From: an uncultured Bacteroidaceae bacterium
Lineage (GTDB): Bacteria; Bacteroidota; Bacteroidia; Bacteroidales; Bacteroidaceae
Length of the DNA stretch: 55,441 nucleotides
Direction: 5' to 3'
Assembly: GCA_904501775.1 (NCBI GenBank)
Contig: CAJGCJ010000001.1
Coordinates: 1 to 55,441 of the forward strand
Shown here: positions 46,320-55,441 of the stretch, piece by piece
Numbering within the stretch: the stretch's first letter is position 1
Layout of the letters: each line of letters begins with the position of its first letter
Notes under the pieces: generated by a model
The model's input: only the letters and a program-made list of their open reading frames with translations
What the model was told of the DNA's origin: nothing
Databases searched by the model: none
Position numbers and translations under genes: made by a program

Positions 46320-48311
46320 TTATGGTCTTTCCTTTATAACACCTTTTCTATAGGCAACAAGCAGTCGCTCGAGGTCGGCTATCTTAATCAGAATGCCACG
46401 ACCTATATCTGTATCCTGCACCATCTCGCGATTATCGGTCATCTCCACAATCTGTGTAGTGCCATGAATATCGGTACCATTAGTAACAGCCTCCTCGGTA
46501 GATGTGAACGGTTCGTGCTGAACAAGCTCGAATCCGCGGCTATGATAAACCAGCGTATAGCCTGCTATACCTGTACGGTTATGGTATACTTTAGAGAATC
46601 CGCCATCAATAACCATCAGACGACCATTGGCCTTGATTGGCGTTTCACCATGTCCCACACGCACCGGCACGTGACCGTTTATTATGTGGCGATGAGTGCC
46701 CTTTACACCAAATTCATCGAGTATTCCATCGCACACATCGGCATTGTCACGCAGTATGTAGTACCAGCCTTTGGGCTCTTTCTGCACCTCCTTATCACTA
46801 AGCAGATAGCGTTCAAATGTTGCCATCTTAGCCTTTCCGAAGAGGGGCGACTCGGGGCCACACCACAGATACCAGAAGAAGTCGGCAGCCTTCTCACGCT
46901 CTGCAGCAGTGAGGTCGTTGTCAAAAGCACTGCGCGCCATGCGCTCGACCTTTTTCATAAGCTGCTTGCCCTTGACCTTTTCGCCATCAAAGACAACCTC
47001 GCGCATAGAGCCGTCTTCGTTGATTGGCACAGCTGCATGGAACATAAGATTCGAGTTATATATCGCATACATTCCGCCACGCATCAGCAGACAATTCACA
47101 TGATTCTGCAAACGCTCGCTGCGCATGAAAGAGTGGCGCAGACGTTCTATAACATCACTCTCTTCGGGAGTAAGGGCATACGGATTCTTGGGATCGAGAG
47201 TAGGCCACAGCTTATCCTTCATTTCGTAATCGGTACCGTCTATGTTTATAACGCCACGTTTCTTGTCGATAAATTCCATAAGACAACGGTCCATCATACC
47301 CCACTCGGGGTGCGCCATTGCTATCTGTCCCGACAGTTTGAATTCAATAACAGAGACAGCCTTATGCATCTGTGCAATAAGACGCACATCCTTATCGGTA
47401 AAATTGGTACGTTCCTCATCAACACGGGGCTGATAGATTTCACAAGGGTCATCGGCATACTGTTCCATTGCAAATGTTGCCAATGGTACCATGTTGATTG
47501 CATATCCGTCTTCGAGAGTGGTGGTATTGGCATCGCGCAACGAGAGACGCAGCACACTTGCAATACAGCAGGTATTGCCGGCTGCCGCACCCATCCACAG
47601 CACATCATGATTACCCCATGTAATATCAAGGTGGTGGTACTCACAAAGGGCATCCATTATATTATGGGCACCGGGACCGCGATCGAAGATATCGCCAAGG
47701 ATATGTAGGCGGTCTATCGCCAGACGCTGTATAAGATAGCACAGTGCTGTGATAAAGTGGTCGGCGCGACCTGTGCCTATTATTGTATTTATGATTGCAT
47801 TGAAGTAGGCCTGCTTGTTCACAATGTCATTGGCCTCGTGCATCAGTTCCTCTATAATGTAGGCATACTCCTCGGGGAGGCTCTTACGAACCTTTGAGCG
47901 GGTATATTTCGAAGATACATCACGACATACTATTATAAGCCTATGCAACGATACGATATAATAGTTACTCATATCCACACCCGAAAGCTTTACCCTTTTC
48001 AGTTTCTCCTCGGGGTAGTATATCAATGTACAGAGTTCCTTCCGCTCTTCATTGCTTATGGAATCGCCGAACAGTTCCTTTACCTTACGCTTGATATTTC
48101 CCGATGCATTGCGCAGCACATGCTGGAAGGCCTCGTGCTCGCCATGTATGTCGGCAAGAAAGTGTTCTGTGGGCTTGGGCAAATGCAATATCGCCTCGAG
48201 ATTGATAATCTCGGTTGTAACGCTCGACACTGTTGGAAAATCACGTGCCAGAAGACGCAAATACCTGAGGTCCTCTTTTACCTCTTCAATTGTAACATGC
48301 GATTTAGACAT
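46320..48311 (-). CDS. fbp: Fructose-1,6-bisphosphatase, class 3
   Basis: 663 aa. Metallophosphoesterase motifs GDIFDRGP and WGNHD. N-terminal YLRLLARDFPT is typical of FBPase class 3. Confidence 0.9.
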   Translation of the reverse strand: MSKSHVTIEEVKEDLRYLRLLARDFPTVSSVTTEIINLEAILHLPKPTEHFLADIHGEHEAFQHVLRNASGNIKRKVKELFGDSISNEERKELCTLIYYPEEKLKRVKLSGVDMSNYYIVSLHRLIIVCRDVSSKYTRSKVRKSLPEEYAYIIEELMHEANDIVNKQAYFNAIINTIIGTGRADHFITALCYLIQRLAIDRLHILGDIFDRGPGAHNIMDALCEYHHLDITWGNHDVLWMGAAAGNTCCIASVLRLSLRDANTTTLEDGYAINMVPLATFAMEQYADDPCEIYQPRVDEERTNFTDKDVRLIAQMHKAVSVIEFKLSGQIAMAHPEWGMMDRCLMEFIDKKRGVINIDGTDYEMKDKLWPTLDPKNPYALTPEESDVIERLRHSFMRSERLQNHVNCLLMRGGMYAIYNSNLMFHAAVPINEDGSMREVVFDGEKVKGKQLMKKVERMARSAFDNDLTAAEREKAADFFWYLWCGPESPLFGKAKMATFERYLLSDKEVQKEPKGWYYILRDNADVCDGILDEFGVKGTHRHIINGHVPVRVGHGETPIKANGRLMVIDGGFSKVYHNRTGIAGYTLVYHSRGFELVQHEPFTSTEEAVTNGTDIHGTTQIVEMTDNREMVQDTDIGRGILIKIADLERLLVAYRKGVIKERP

Positions 48312-48366
48312 ATCTGTAATGTTTTAAGCTTGTATTGGGATACAATACGACTAAATAAGTCTATAC

Positions 48367-48376
48367 CGCAAATTTA
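48367..48376 (-). promoter_or_regulatory. Putative -7 box TAAATTTGCG upstream of fbp
   Basis: Minus-strand TAAATTTG, 56 nt upstream of the ATG at 48311. Confidence 0.4.
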
Positions 48377-48454
48377 TTGTTATTTTTTCAAACGGCAAAT
48401 TTTATAAAGAAATAAGAGAGAAAGGGCGCAAATATCTTATACAAAGAATATATG

Positions 48455-49924
48455 TTACTCCTTGCGCAGACGGGCGACAGGAATGCGCAGCTGCTCGCGG
48501 TATTTGGCCACCGTACGGCGTGCCATTGTAAAGCCCTGCTCCTGCAGTTTCTCCATAAGCTCGGTATCGGTAAGCGGATTGCTCTTGTCTTCGTTGTCGA
48601 TAAGCTCCTGCAGACAACGGTGAAGTTCACGCACCGAGAGCTCGCCGCCATCGCTCATGGTAACGGCATCGCTGAAGAAATATTTCAACGAATAGACGCC
48701 CCATGGCAGCTGGACATACTTGCTGTTGCTCACACGCGATATTGTAGATATATCGTAGTTTGTTATCTGGGCAACATCATCGAGAATCATTGGTTTCAAC
48801 AGCGATTCATCGCCGCCGCTCAACAAGAAAGGAGCCTGCAGGCGCACTATGGCATTCATCGTATCGGACAAGGTATTCTCGCGCTGCTTCACGGCACTTA
48901 TAAATCCTTTGGCAGCATCAATCTTCTGTTTCAGGAATTGTGCAGCCGCCTTGCTCTCGCTGTTGCCGCACTTTATCTGCTCATCGAGCATACGCTGGTA
49001 ATCGTCGCTCACTCGTAGTTCGGGCACATACATATTGTTCAGTTGCACCGATATGCTGTCGCCATGAATATCTACGATGAAGTCGGGTATTATCTGTTGG
49101 CGGCTTGTTCCAAGACTCTCGGCCAAAGATGCACCGGGACGCGGATTAAGATGTGTTATATCGCTTATGGCTCTGCGACACTCCTCTTCGCTTACCGCGA
49201 GCTTGCCGGGCAGCACATCCCAACGCTTCTTGCTGAAGTCGTCGTAACAGTCGGTCACTATACGTTTTTGTAATTTGATAGAGTGCAGCTGCATGTCGGT
49301 GGTTGCATTATCCTGTGCATGGTTCAACTGCAACAACAGGCACTCCTGCAATGAGCGCGCTCCTATACCCGGAGGATCGAATGTCTGTATAAGGCCCAAC
49401 ACCTTCTCAATCTGGGCCATATCGGTATCCATGCCATAGTATATGGTCAGTTCATCCTCAATCTCGACAAGCGGTTTATAAAGAAGGCCATCCTCCTCGA
49501 GCGAGCCTATGATATATTCGCCAATAGCCTTTTCCTTTTCGTCAAGTGGCAATTCACCCAACTGTTCAAGCAACGTATCACCAAAGGATGTATCGGCCGA
49601 GTGAGGAATCTCCTCGGGTATCTCGCCACGTTTACGGTACTCCCAGCCATTGTAATCGGGAATCTCGTCCTCGCTGCTATAGTCATCGGACGAGTTTGCA
49701 TTCACCTCATCGCCATACTCATCCTTGTCTGTCGGCGAAACAGGATTGTGCTCGGCCTCTATGACTTCGAGCGCCGGATTCTCAATGACCTCGCTGCGCA
49801 ACTTATCCTCGAGCTCAACCGTAGTAAGTTCGAGCAGACGCACATACATCACCTGTTGGGGCGATAGTGTCTGCGTTTGCGTCTGTATCTGTGTTTGCGT
49901 CTGTGTAAGCGAGTTCTTTACCAT
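48455..49924 (-). CDS. rpoN: RNA polymerase sigma-54 factor
   Basis: RpoN box ARRTVAKYRE. The Gln-rich region I includes TQTQTQIQTQTQT. The acidic region II and HTH are present. Confidence 0.93.
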   Translation of the reverse strand: MVKNSLTQTQTQIQTQTQTLSPQQVMYVRLLELTTVELEDKLRSEVIENPALEVIEAEHNPVSPTDKDEYGDEVNANSSDDYSSEDEIPDYNGWEYRKRGEIPEEIPHSADTSFGDTLLEQLGELPLDEKEKAIGEYIIGSLEEDGLLYKPLVEIEDELTIYYGMDTDMAQIEKVLGLIQTFDPPGIGARSLQECLLLQLNHAQDNATTDMQLHSIKLQKRIVTDCYDDFSKKRWDVLPGKLAVSEEECRRAISDITHLNPRPGASLAESLGTSRQQIIPDFIVDIHGDSISVQLNNMYVPELRVSDDYQRMLDEQIKCGNSESKAAAQFLKQKIDAAKGFISAVKQRENTLSDTMNAIVRLQAPFLLSGGDESLLKPMILDDVAQITNYDISTISRVSNSKYVQLPWGVYSLKYFFSDAVTMSDGGELSVRELHRCLQELIDNEDKSNPLTDTELMEKLQEQGFTMARRTVAKYREQLRIPVARLRKE

Positions 49925-49942
49925 CGTGTCATATCCTTTCTT

Positions 49943-50761
49943 TTATTCGGCGAGCGACCTGATGATATTTGACAATTCCATCTTTTTATATGAAGCGACA
50001 TTGCTATTCTTGAAGACATAGCGTCCGACCTTCAGGTTACTCAGTTTGAGTGTCAGTGCAAGCGGAGTACCCACACCATCGATGCTCAATATTATGTTTC
50101 GCGGAAAACTGCGCCCTTCGAGTTTCTCAAAGTCGGAGTAGTTGCACGAAACCCTTACCTTCTTATCATATACACCGTTTGTGGCAAGCAGTTCCCCTGT
50201 ATGTGCATTGAAACGGAATGTGTACTGCATGAGCCCCTCTTCGGGAGTCTTTACAAGAATATCATCGCCTTCACGGGTAAAACTCATATTAGGCAGCGCA
50301 TCTATAAAATCCTTTCCGTCGGGCGAGAAAGGCTCGTTCAAAAAGACCGACTGCAGTATATTGTAGTTAAGGCCGGCCTGCTCGAGCACCGAAGCCGAAG
50401 TATAATCGAGCTGCACATACTCTTTTCCCACTCTGTTCATCACAAGGGCATCCTTTGGTGTCACCTCAAGACGCGCAACCTCAAAAAGCCCCAATGCGTT
50501 TATGCATATCTGTATTCCCTGCTCTTTCTCAACACCGAACGTACCCGATGAAGAGAGCGATTTCTCGCCTATCTCGGCCTTTATCTTCAGTTTGGCCGAC
50601 AGATTATCACAGACAGGAGCAGTCGCCTGAAAGTTGCTCACCTCCATCACCATGTTACTTATCTCGAGGTTACTCTTCTCTGTCTTTGCCGTACGGCAGG
50701 CAGCAAGCAGGAACAGCGAAATAAACAGGCATATATATATGTGGCTATCTCTTCTTGCCAT
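49943..50761 (-). CDS. Lipoprotein, DUF4292-like
   Basis: Lipobox LLAACRT. It sits after a TPR gene and dut, as in the Bacteroidales dut-TPR-DUF4292 arrangement I remember. Confidence 0.55.
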   Translation of the reverse strand: MARRDSHIYICLFISLFLLAACRTAKTEKSNLEISNMVMEVSNFQATAPVCDNLSAKLKIKAEIGEKSLSSSGTFGVEKEQGIQICINALGLFEVARLEVTPKDALVMNRVGKEYVQLDYTSASVLEQAGLNYNILQSVFLNEPFSPDGKDFIDALPNMSFTREGDDILVKTPEEGLMQYTFRFNAHTGELLATNGVYDKKVRVSCNYSDFEKLEGRSFPRNIILSIDGVGTPLALTLKLSNLKVGRYVFKNSNVASYKKMELSNIIRSLAE

Positions 50762-52493
50762 CTGAGTAGTATTTCTTTCTTTTTATCTTCTTCTTAAGTA
50801 TCTTGGAGTCGTCGCCTGCATCTACAGCAAGTTGCCACAATTCGAGGGCGCGTTCCATCTCTCCACATTTAGCAAACACATCACCGCAGTGGTGTAGCAA
50901 CACCTTGTCAAGACCGTCAGTTTCTATTGACAGCAGTTTCTCGGCATACGCCTTAGCCTCGCTGTAACGTCCTTGCTTGAACAATATCCACATATATGTA
51001 TCAAGATACGTTATATTCTCGGGTTCAGCCTTTATAGTACGGTAGCTCATATCCTCGGCTTTCTCGAGGTCGCCGCCATCGACTGTTATATTATAGGCAT
51101 AGTTGTTGAGCACCAAAATATTCGAGCTATTGTACACGAGCGCAGAATCGTAAGCCTCTACACTGGCCCTGTTGTTGCCCATGCTGTGATATACGTCGCC
51201 AATAATCGAATACATATCCGAGACAAACTCGTCGTTATAATCCTGCGAACGCACATCAATGGCTTTTCTCAATGTAGCTATTGCCTCGGGATACATATCT
51301 TTATTATAGCAGGCAATGCCACGATAGTAATATAGTTCCATAATCTCGGGGTTATACAATATCGCGGTATCACAGCGCTGTATAACCTTGTCATAATCAT
51401 TCTGCTCTATTGCTATCTTCAACAGCTGAAGCTGTGCGAAACGGTTCTCGGGCTCGTATCGAAGGATTGTCTCAAGAACGGGAACCAATGTATCGTTCGA
51501 TACCTCTTTCATCATCAGATAATTGGCATATATCTCGTTATTCGGAGCCTGTTCGTACGGCAGATTGGCTACTCTTTCAAGGAATGGCATGTTATACGAG
51601 GTGCTGTCGGTGCGCTCTTTCATGGCCACATATTTTATGAGTGCACGCGACCTCTCATCACCGATAAAGTTACTGTTTGTGAAGAGTTGCTCCATGCTTG
51701 CCGTGTATAGCGAATCGTTGCCCTGCATATTATAATACTCGGCCAAGGCAATTTGGGCCTTTGCATTGTCGGGCTCGACCTCAAGCACCGATTCATAGAT
51801 GTTCAAGGCTTTTTCGGTATCACCGAACTCCAAGAAGGTGTCGCCTATAAGCACCTTTACATTCAAATCCTCGGGGTATTCATCAAGAAGCTGCTGCAAT
51901 TCGTTCACAGCACGCTCACGCTCCTGCAGATAGATGTAGAGTTCATATTTCTTGAGTGTTATATTCTCGTTCTTACCCTCAATGCGTTCTATGTCATTCA
52001 ACGCCTCTATTGCCTTGTTATATTCGGCATCCTCGATATACATCTGTGCAAGGAGATAGTAGAGTTCACTGCGCGACGAAAAGTCCTTTACCATATCGAG
52101 ATAGGTATTCTTTGCCTCTTCGCGGTTACCGATATTCTCATACGCCGAAGCAAGCATGCTACGATACCAGTAATTGTCGCTGTCACCGGCTGCAGCGTTC
52201 TTAATCATATTAATAGCCTCGTCCTTGCGTCCCAAATAGAGATACATGGAGTACAGTTCTGACTGCACTATGGGAGAGTTCGGGGCAAGCAGCAGGCAAT
52301 GCTCGAACAGGTCAAAGGCTTCATCATATAATCCGGCCTCGCGTTTCGACAGTGCCTGATGATAGAAATAGTCGAATGTACGCTCACACGACACAGTGTC
52401 GCATGTTACCGCACGGTTATCATTGACACTCCCTGCTATTACATCAGAGAATGACAAAACCAAAAACATCAACAGACACATAACAAGTCTCAT
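50745..52493 (-). CDS. Tetratricopeptide-repeat protein
   Basis: 582 aa. Signal peptide and many TPR units (..A...Y..AL...P.N..). Confidence 0.8.
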   Translation of the reverse strand: MRLVMCLLMFLVLSFSDVIAGSVNDNRAVTCDTVSCERTFDYFYHQALSKREAGLYDEAFDLFEHCLLLAPNSPIVQSELYSMYLYLGRKDEAINMIKNAAAGDSDNYWYRSMLASAYENIGNREEAKNTYLDMVKDFSSRSELYYLLAQMYIEDAEYNKAIEALNDIERIEGKNENITLKKYELYIYLQERERAVNELQQLLDEYPEDLNVKVLIGDTFLEFGDTEKALNIYESVLEVEPDNAKAQIALAEYYNMQGNDSLYTASMEQLFTNSNFIGDERSRALIKYVAMKERTDSTSYNMPFLERVANLPYEQAPNNEIYANYLMMKEVSNDTLVPVLETILRYEPENRFAQLQLLKIAIEQNDYDKVIQRCDTAILYNPEIMELYYYRGIACYNKDMYPEAIATLRKAIDVRSQDYNDEFVSDMYSIIGDVYHSMGNNRASVEAYDSALVYNSSNILVLNNYAYNITVDGGDLEKAEDMSYRTIKAEPENITYLDTYMWILFKQGRYSEAKAYAEKLLSIETDGLDKVLLHHCGDVFAKCGEMERALELWQLAVDAGDDSKILKKKIKRKKYYSDGKKR

Positions 52494-52508
52494 ACAGCAC
52501 CTAAATTT

Positions 52509-52940
52509 TTATACGCCGGTGTGGCCAAAACCGCCTTCTCCGCGTTGGGTTGCATCGAGCACCTCAACACTCTCCCAATCAATCTGTTCGTGACGGGCAA
52601 TTACCATCTGTGCTATTCTCTCGCCATCAAGGATGGTAAAAGGCTCGTTGGAAAGGTTTACAAGTATCACACACACCTCGCCACGATAATCGGCATCTAT
52701 GGTTCCGGGTGAGTTGAGCACTGTCACTCCTTTTTTTATTGCCAAGCCACTGCGCGGACGCACCTGTGCCTCGTACCCCTCGGGGAGAGCCATATAAAGA
52801 CCTGTAGGTACCAATGCACGCTGCAAAGGCTCCAGCACCATAGGCTCATCGAGATTGGCACGCAAGTCCATGCCGGCCGACAATGGAGTTGCATATGATG
52901 GAAGTTCGTGTTTTGAACGGTTTATTATCTGTACTTTCAT
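52509..52940 (-). CDS. dut: dUTP diphosphatase
   Basis: [28 protein letters not shown]. Confidence 0.95.
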   Translation of the reverse strand: MKVQIINRSKHELPSYATPLSAGMDLRANLDEPMVLEPLQRALVPTGLYMALPEGYEAQVRPRSGLAIKKGVTVLNSPGTIDADYRGEVCVILVNLSNEPFTILDGERIAQMVIARHEQIDWESVEVLDATQRGEGGFGHTGV

Positions 52941-52972
52941 AACCTTTTGTAATACGTGAATTTTCTAAATTT

Positions 52973-53008
52973 AGAACTCCGAAAGCACTGTTTTGTTTCC
53001 GGAGTTCT
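52973..53008. other. Stem-loop between the GNAT gene stop and the dut start
   Basis: 9-bp arms agaactccg / cggagttct with an 18-nt loop. The T tract is on the plus side only. Confidence 0.35.
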
Positions 53009-53014
53009 TTTTAT

Positions 53015-54022
53015 TTAATTATTGCTGTTTTCCTCTGAATAGTGGTAGAATACCTTGTTGGCACCTGACGTGAGCTTTATAGCATCGGGATTCTCCTTGG
53101 CAAAAGACTCTATGTATCTCATTCTCTTGTCGTCCTGCAATTCGTCAACAGCTATTAGAAGACCGGTCTCTTCCACTTGACCGAACTCTTTATTTACTGC
53201 TGTTCCGAAAATTTTCATTGTCGGCGATAGTCCCATATATGCGTTAACCATTGGCGGTATTGCAAGTCCGTGCTTACGCACCTCTTGTTTCAAAGTTCTA
53301 TAGTCTTCATTGAAATTGTTGCTGCAGAATATCTCGCTCAACTCTTTCTCATCTGTTTCAATCTTCAACGGAGATACAGGCTCGACAAGTCTATCATTAT
53401 CGGGGAAATGTTTCTTAAGGAAGTAGAGTATCATATCGCGAGCACGTGTAAGGTACGAAGGGTACATTGTCACTTTGCCGAAGAGATATTTGACATCGGG
53501 AATCACAACTGTGAGCGCACCAAGACCGTCCCATAGATTGTCGAGAGCGAAAAGACTCTTTGAACCCATTCGTGTCGACTGATATTCGAGTGCCACAAAT
53601 GCACGACCCAACTCAACAGTATAAGGCAATATCTCTTTGAGGAATTTCTCCGAAAAACGGAACATTCCGTGCGCTGTTGCCACAATAGGCTCGCCATTCT
53701 CGTCCATACGCACATCCTTACCGTAGATATATCTGTAACCGCCAATGATATCATCACAATCGGGATTCCACACTATGAGCTGCTTATAGGGCTTCTCCAT
53801 TGTGTCGAACTCATCAATATCTATTGAGTTTCCTGTTCCGCCACCGGCTGCACGGAAAGCAATCTCGCGCAAACGACCTATTTCGCGCATCACGTTCGGT
53901 GAATCGTGCGATGTAACAACATATATCTCGTTATTGCTCCTATGTGTAAAACGCAGGCGCTTCTCTTCGGTAAGTTCAGCTTTCAGCAATTCTCGCGGAA
54001 CCGGTGCTATAATATCTTCCAT
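53015..54022 (-). CDS. GNAT-type N-acyltransferase (OlsB/GlsB-like, 'hemolysin-like' N-acyl amino acid synthase)
   Basis: 335 aa. It resembles the Bacteroidales N-acyltransferase of the glycine-lipid pathway (..REIAFRAAGGGTG..DxFD..VWN...GGYR). It is paired with an acyltransferase gene 15 nt upstream. Confidence 0.6.
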   Translation of the reverse strand: MEDIIAPVPRELLKAELTEEKRLRFTHRSNNEIYVVTSHDSPNVMREIGRLREIAFRAAGGGTGNSIDIDEFDTMEKPYKQLIVWNPDCDDIIGGYRYIYGKDVRMDENGEPIVATAHGMFRFSEKFLKEILPYTVELGRAFVALEYQSTRMGSKSLFALDNLWDGLGALTVVIPDVKYLFGKVTMYPSYLTRARDMILYFLKKHFPDNDRLVEPVSPLKIETDEKELSEIFCSNNFNEDYRTLKQEVRKHGLAIPPMVNAYMGLSPTMKIFGTAVNKEFGQVEETGLLIAVDELQDDKRMRYIESFAKENPDAIKLTSGANKVFYHYSEENSNN

Positions 54023-54037
54023 AATAATATTTATTTG

Positions 54038-54853
54038 CTACTTGAGACTGTACACTATATCTTGTACATGCTGCGCCCACTGCATGGGTGTACGCGACTT
54101 ATCAAAAGTCTGCCATGGTATAGGCTTGCCTATTGTAACTGTGAATTTCTTATTCTTGTTTTTAAACATCTCGTCGCTCAGATAGAGCATTGCGATGTTG
54201 AATTTTATGCCAAGCATTCTGTTAATATTTGCAAGGCGATAGAAAAAGTCGGAATTCTCTCCTTCGAAATGGATAGGAACGATGTCACGCTGGGTCTGTA
54301 CACTCTTTACTATGAATGTCTTTTTCCACTCAAGATCGTGCACCACCCCGTTTCGTTTGCGCGAGCAGATTCCTGCCGGAAACATCACGATGTGGTTGTC
54401 TGAATTGAAAGCTGCCGCCACCTGCTGTGGAAGATTGCGCGACTGTCCGCCTGTTTTGTTGACAGGGATGAAGAGCGAAGTCAGCTGTGGAATATTCATG
54501 AGCAGGTCGTTGACGAGGAACTTTATCTTTCCTTCATAATGCTCACCTAAAATAAGTCCGAGCCCAAGTCCGTCCTGTGCTCCCAGAGGATGATTGCTTA
54601 CAAATGTATAACGTCCGTCGGCAGGCAGGTTCTCTAATCCGCGTATCTCGAAGGAGTTATTGAAGAATTTCATGAATGAACGGATAAAATCAAGACCGTA
54701 CTTGTCGCTATTATTCTTCAGAAATTCATTGACCTCGTCCTGATGTATTATCTTTTTCAGATATGAGACAAGAAAACGAGGTACATATTTAGCTTTCTTA
54801 CCGGCTTTTGCCGCAAGAATCGCATCAACATCTATGCGAATTATCTCATTCAT
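54038..54853 (-). CDS. Lysophospholipid/O-acyltransferase (PlsC-family, OlsA/GlsA-like)
   Basis: Acyltransferase motif FVSNHPLGAQDG and ..MFPAG... The ATG at 54853 (MNEIIRIDVD) is preferred over the TTG at 54880, which overlaps the promoter box. Confidence 0.7.
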   Translation of the reverse strand: MNEIIRIDVDAILAAKAGKKAKYVPRFLVSYLKKIIHQDEVNEFLKNNSDKYGLDFIRSFMKFFNNSFEIRGLENLPADGRYTFVSNHPLGAQDGLGLGLILGEHYEGKIKFLVNDLLMNIPQLTSLFIPVNKTGGQSRNLPQQVAAAFNSDNHIVMFPAGICSRKRNGVVHDLEWKKTFIVKSVQTQRDIVPIHFEGENSDFFYRLANINRMLGIKFNIAMLYLSDEMFKNKNKKFTVTIGKPIPWQTFDKSRTPMQWAQHVQDIVYSLK

Positions 54854-54877
54854 GCTCCCTTTTTCTATAGTTTCATG

Positions 54878-54885
54878 CAAAATTA
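54878..54885 (-). promoter_or_regulatory. Putative -7 box TAATTTTG for the acyltransferase pair
   Basis: Minus-strand TAATTTTG, 25 nt upstream of the ATG at 54853. Confidence 0.45.
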
Positions 54886-54920
54886 AAGTTTATTTACAAC
54901 AAATCAAAATTATTAAAAAT

Positions 54921-54961
54921 AAAAAAAGAATGGGAGGTAATTGAATTGCCTCCCATTCTTT
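54921..54961 (-). terminator. Rho-independent terminator of rpoC
   Basis: Minus strand: 13-bp stem AAAGAATGGGAGG / CCTCCCATTCTTT followed directly by a run of 7 T. Confidence 0.85.
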
Positions 54962-54978
54962 TCACTATCTATTGATTA

Positions 54979-55441
<463 letters not shown>

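Overview
This window is a chromosomal segment from a Bacteroidota genome that looks like Bacteroidales. The evidence is a T9SS-type C-terminal sorting tail, TAnnTTTG-type -7 promoter boxes, a MurF-Alr fusion, an S46 dipeptidyl-peptidase, a class 3 FBPase, a long-form IspG, and DUF4254/DUF4292/DUF4369-type genes. I call about 50 protein genes and one tRNA-Arg(CCT). Most are housekeeping: fur-purA, hisS, menA, pta-ackA, cysS, murF/alr, dxs, trkAH, pdxB, acpP-fabF-rnc, dnaX, ispG-purE-fbp, rpoN, dut and the rpoC 3' end. I saw no rRNA, CRISPR array, transposase or integrase. Two places look accessory. (1) 27.4-29.3 kb holds a two-gene minus-strand module with its own promoter box, set between trkH and a nucleoside-kinase operon. 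It encodes a compact ABC/RecF-type ATPase and a DUF4435 (Toprim/OLD-like) protein. This is the PARIS/AbiL-type architecture, but the ATPase is unusually small. It is my best candidate for a defence system. (2) 9.6-12.6 kb holds a terminator-bounded three-gene cassette in which every product has a signal peptide: an LRR-caspase (intact His/Cys dyad), a strongly AT-rich small outer-membrane beta-barrel, and a DUF4384 protein. A 120-nt multi-helix inverted repeat precedes it. Other observations: dnaX has an A7 run followed by GAGUGA at the linker/C-terminal-domain boundary, resembling the E. coli tau/gamma recoding site. The -7 promoter box recurs as TAnnTTCGC(A/G), and its position supports moving several starts away from non-ATG codons in the ORF track. 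There are several very long perfect palindromic terminators. There is also a tightly packed cysS-glutaminyl cyclase-sufE-TSCPD operon, a GlsB/GlsA-like N-acyl amino acid lipid pair, and an EnvC-like protein with a degenerate LytM domain. All family assignments come from motif recognition by eye; no searches were run.
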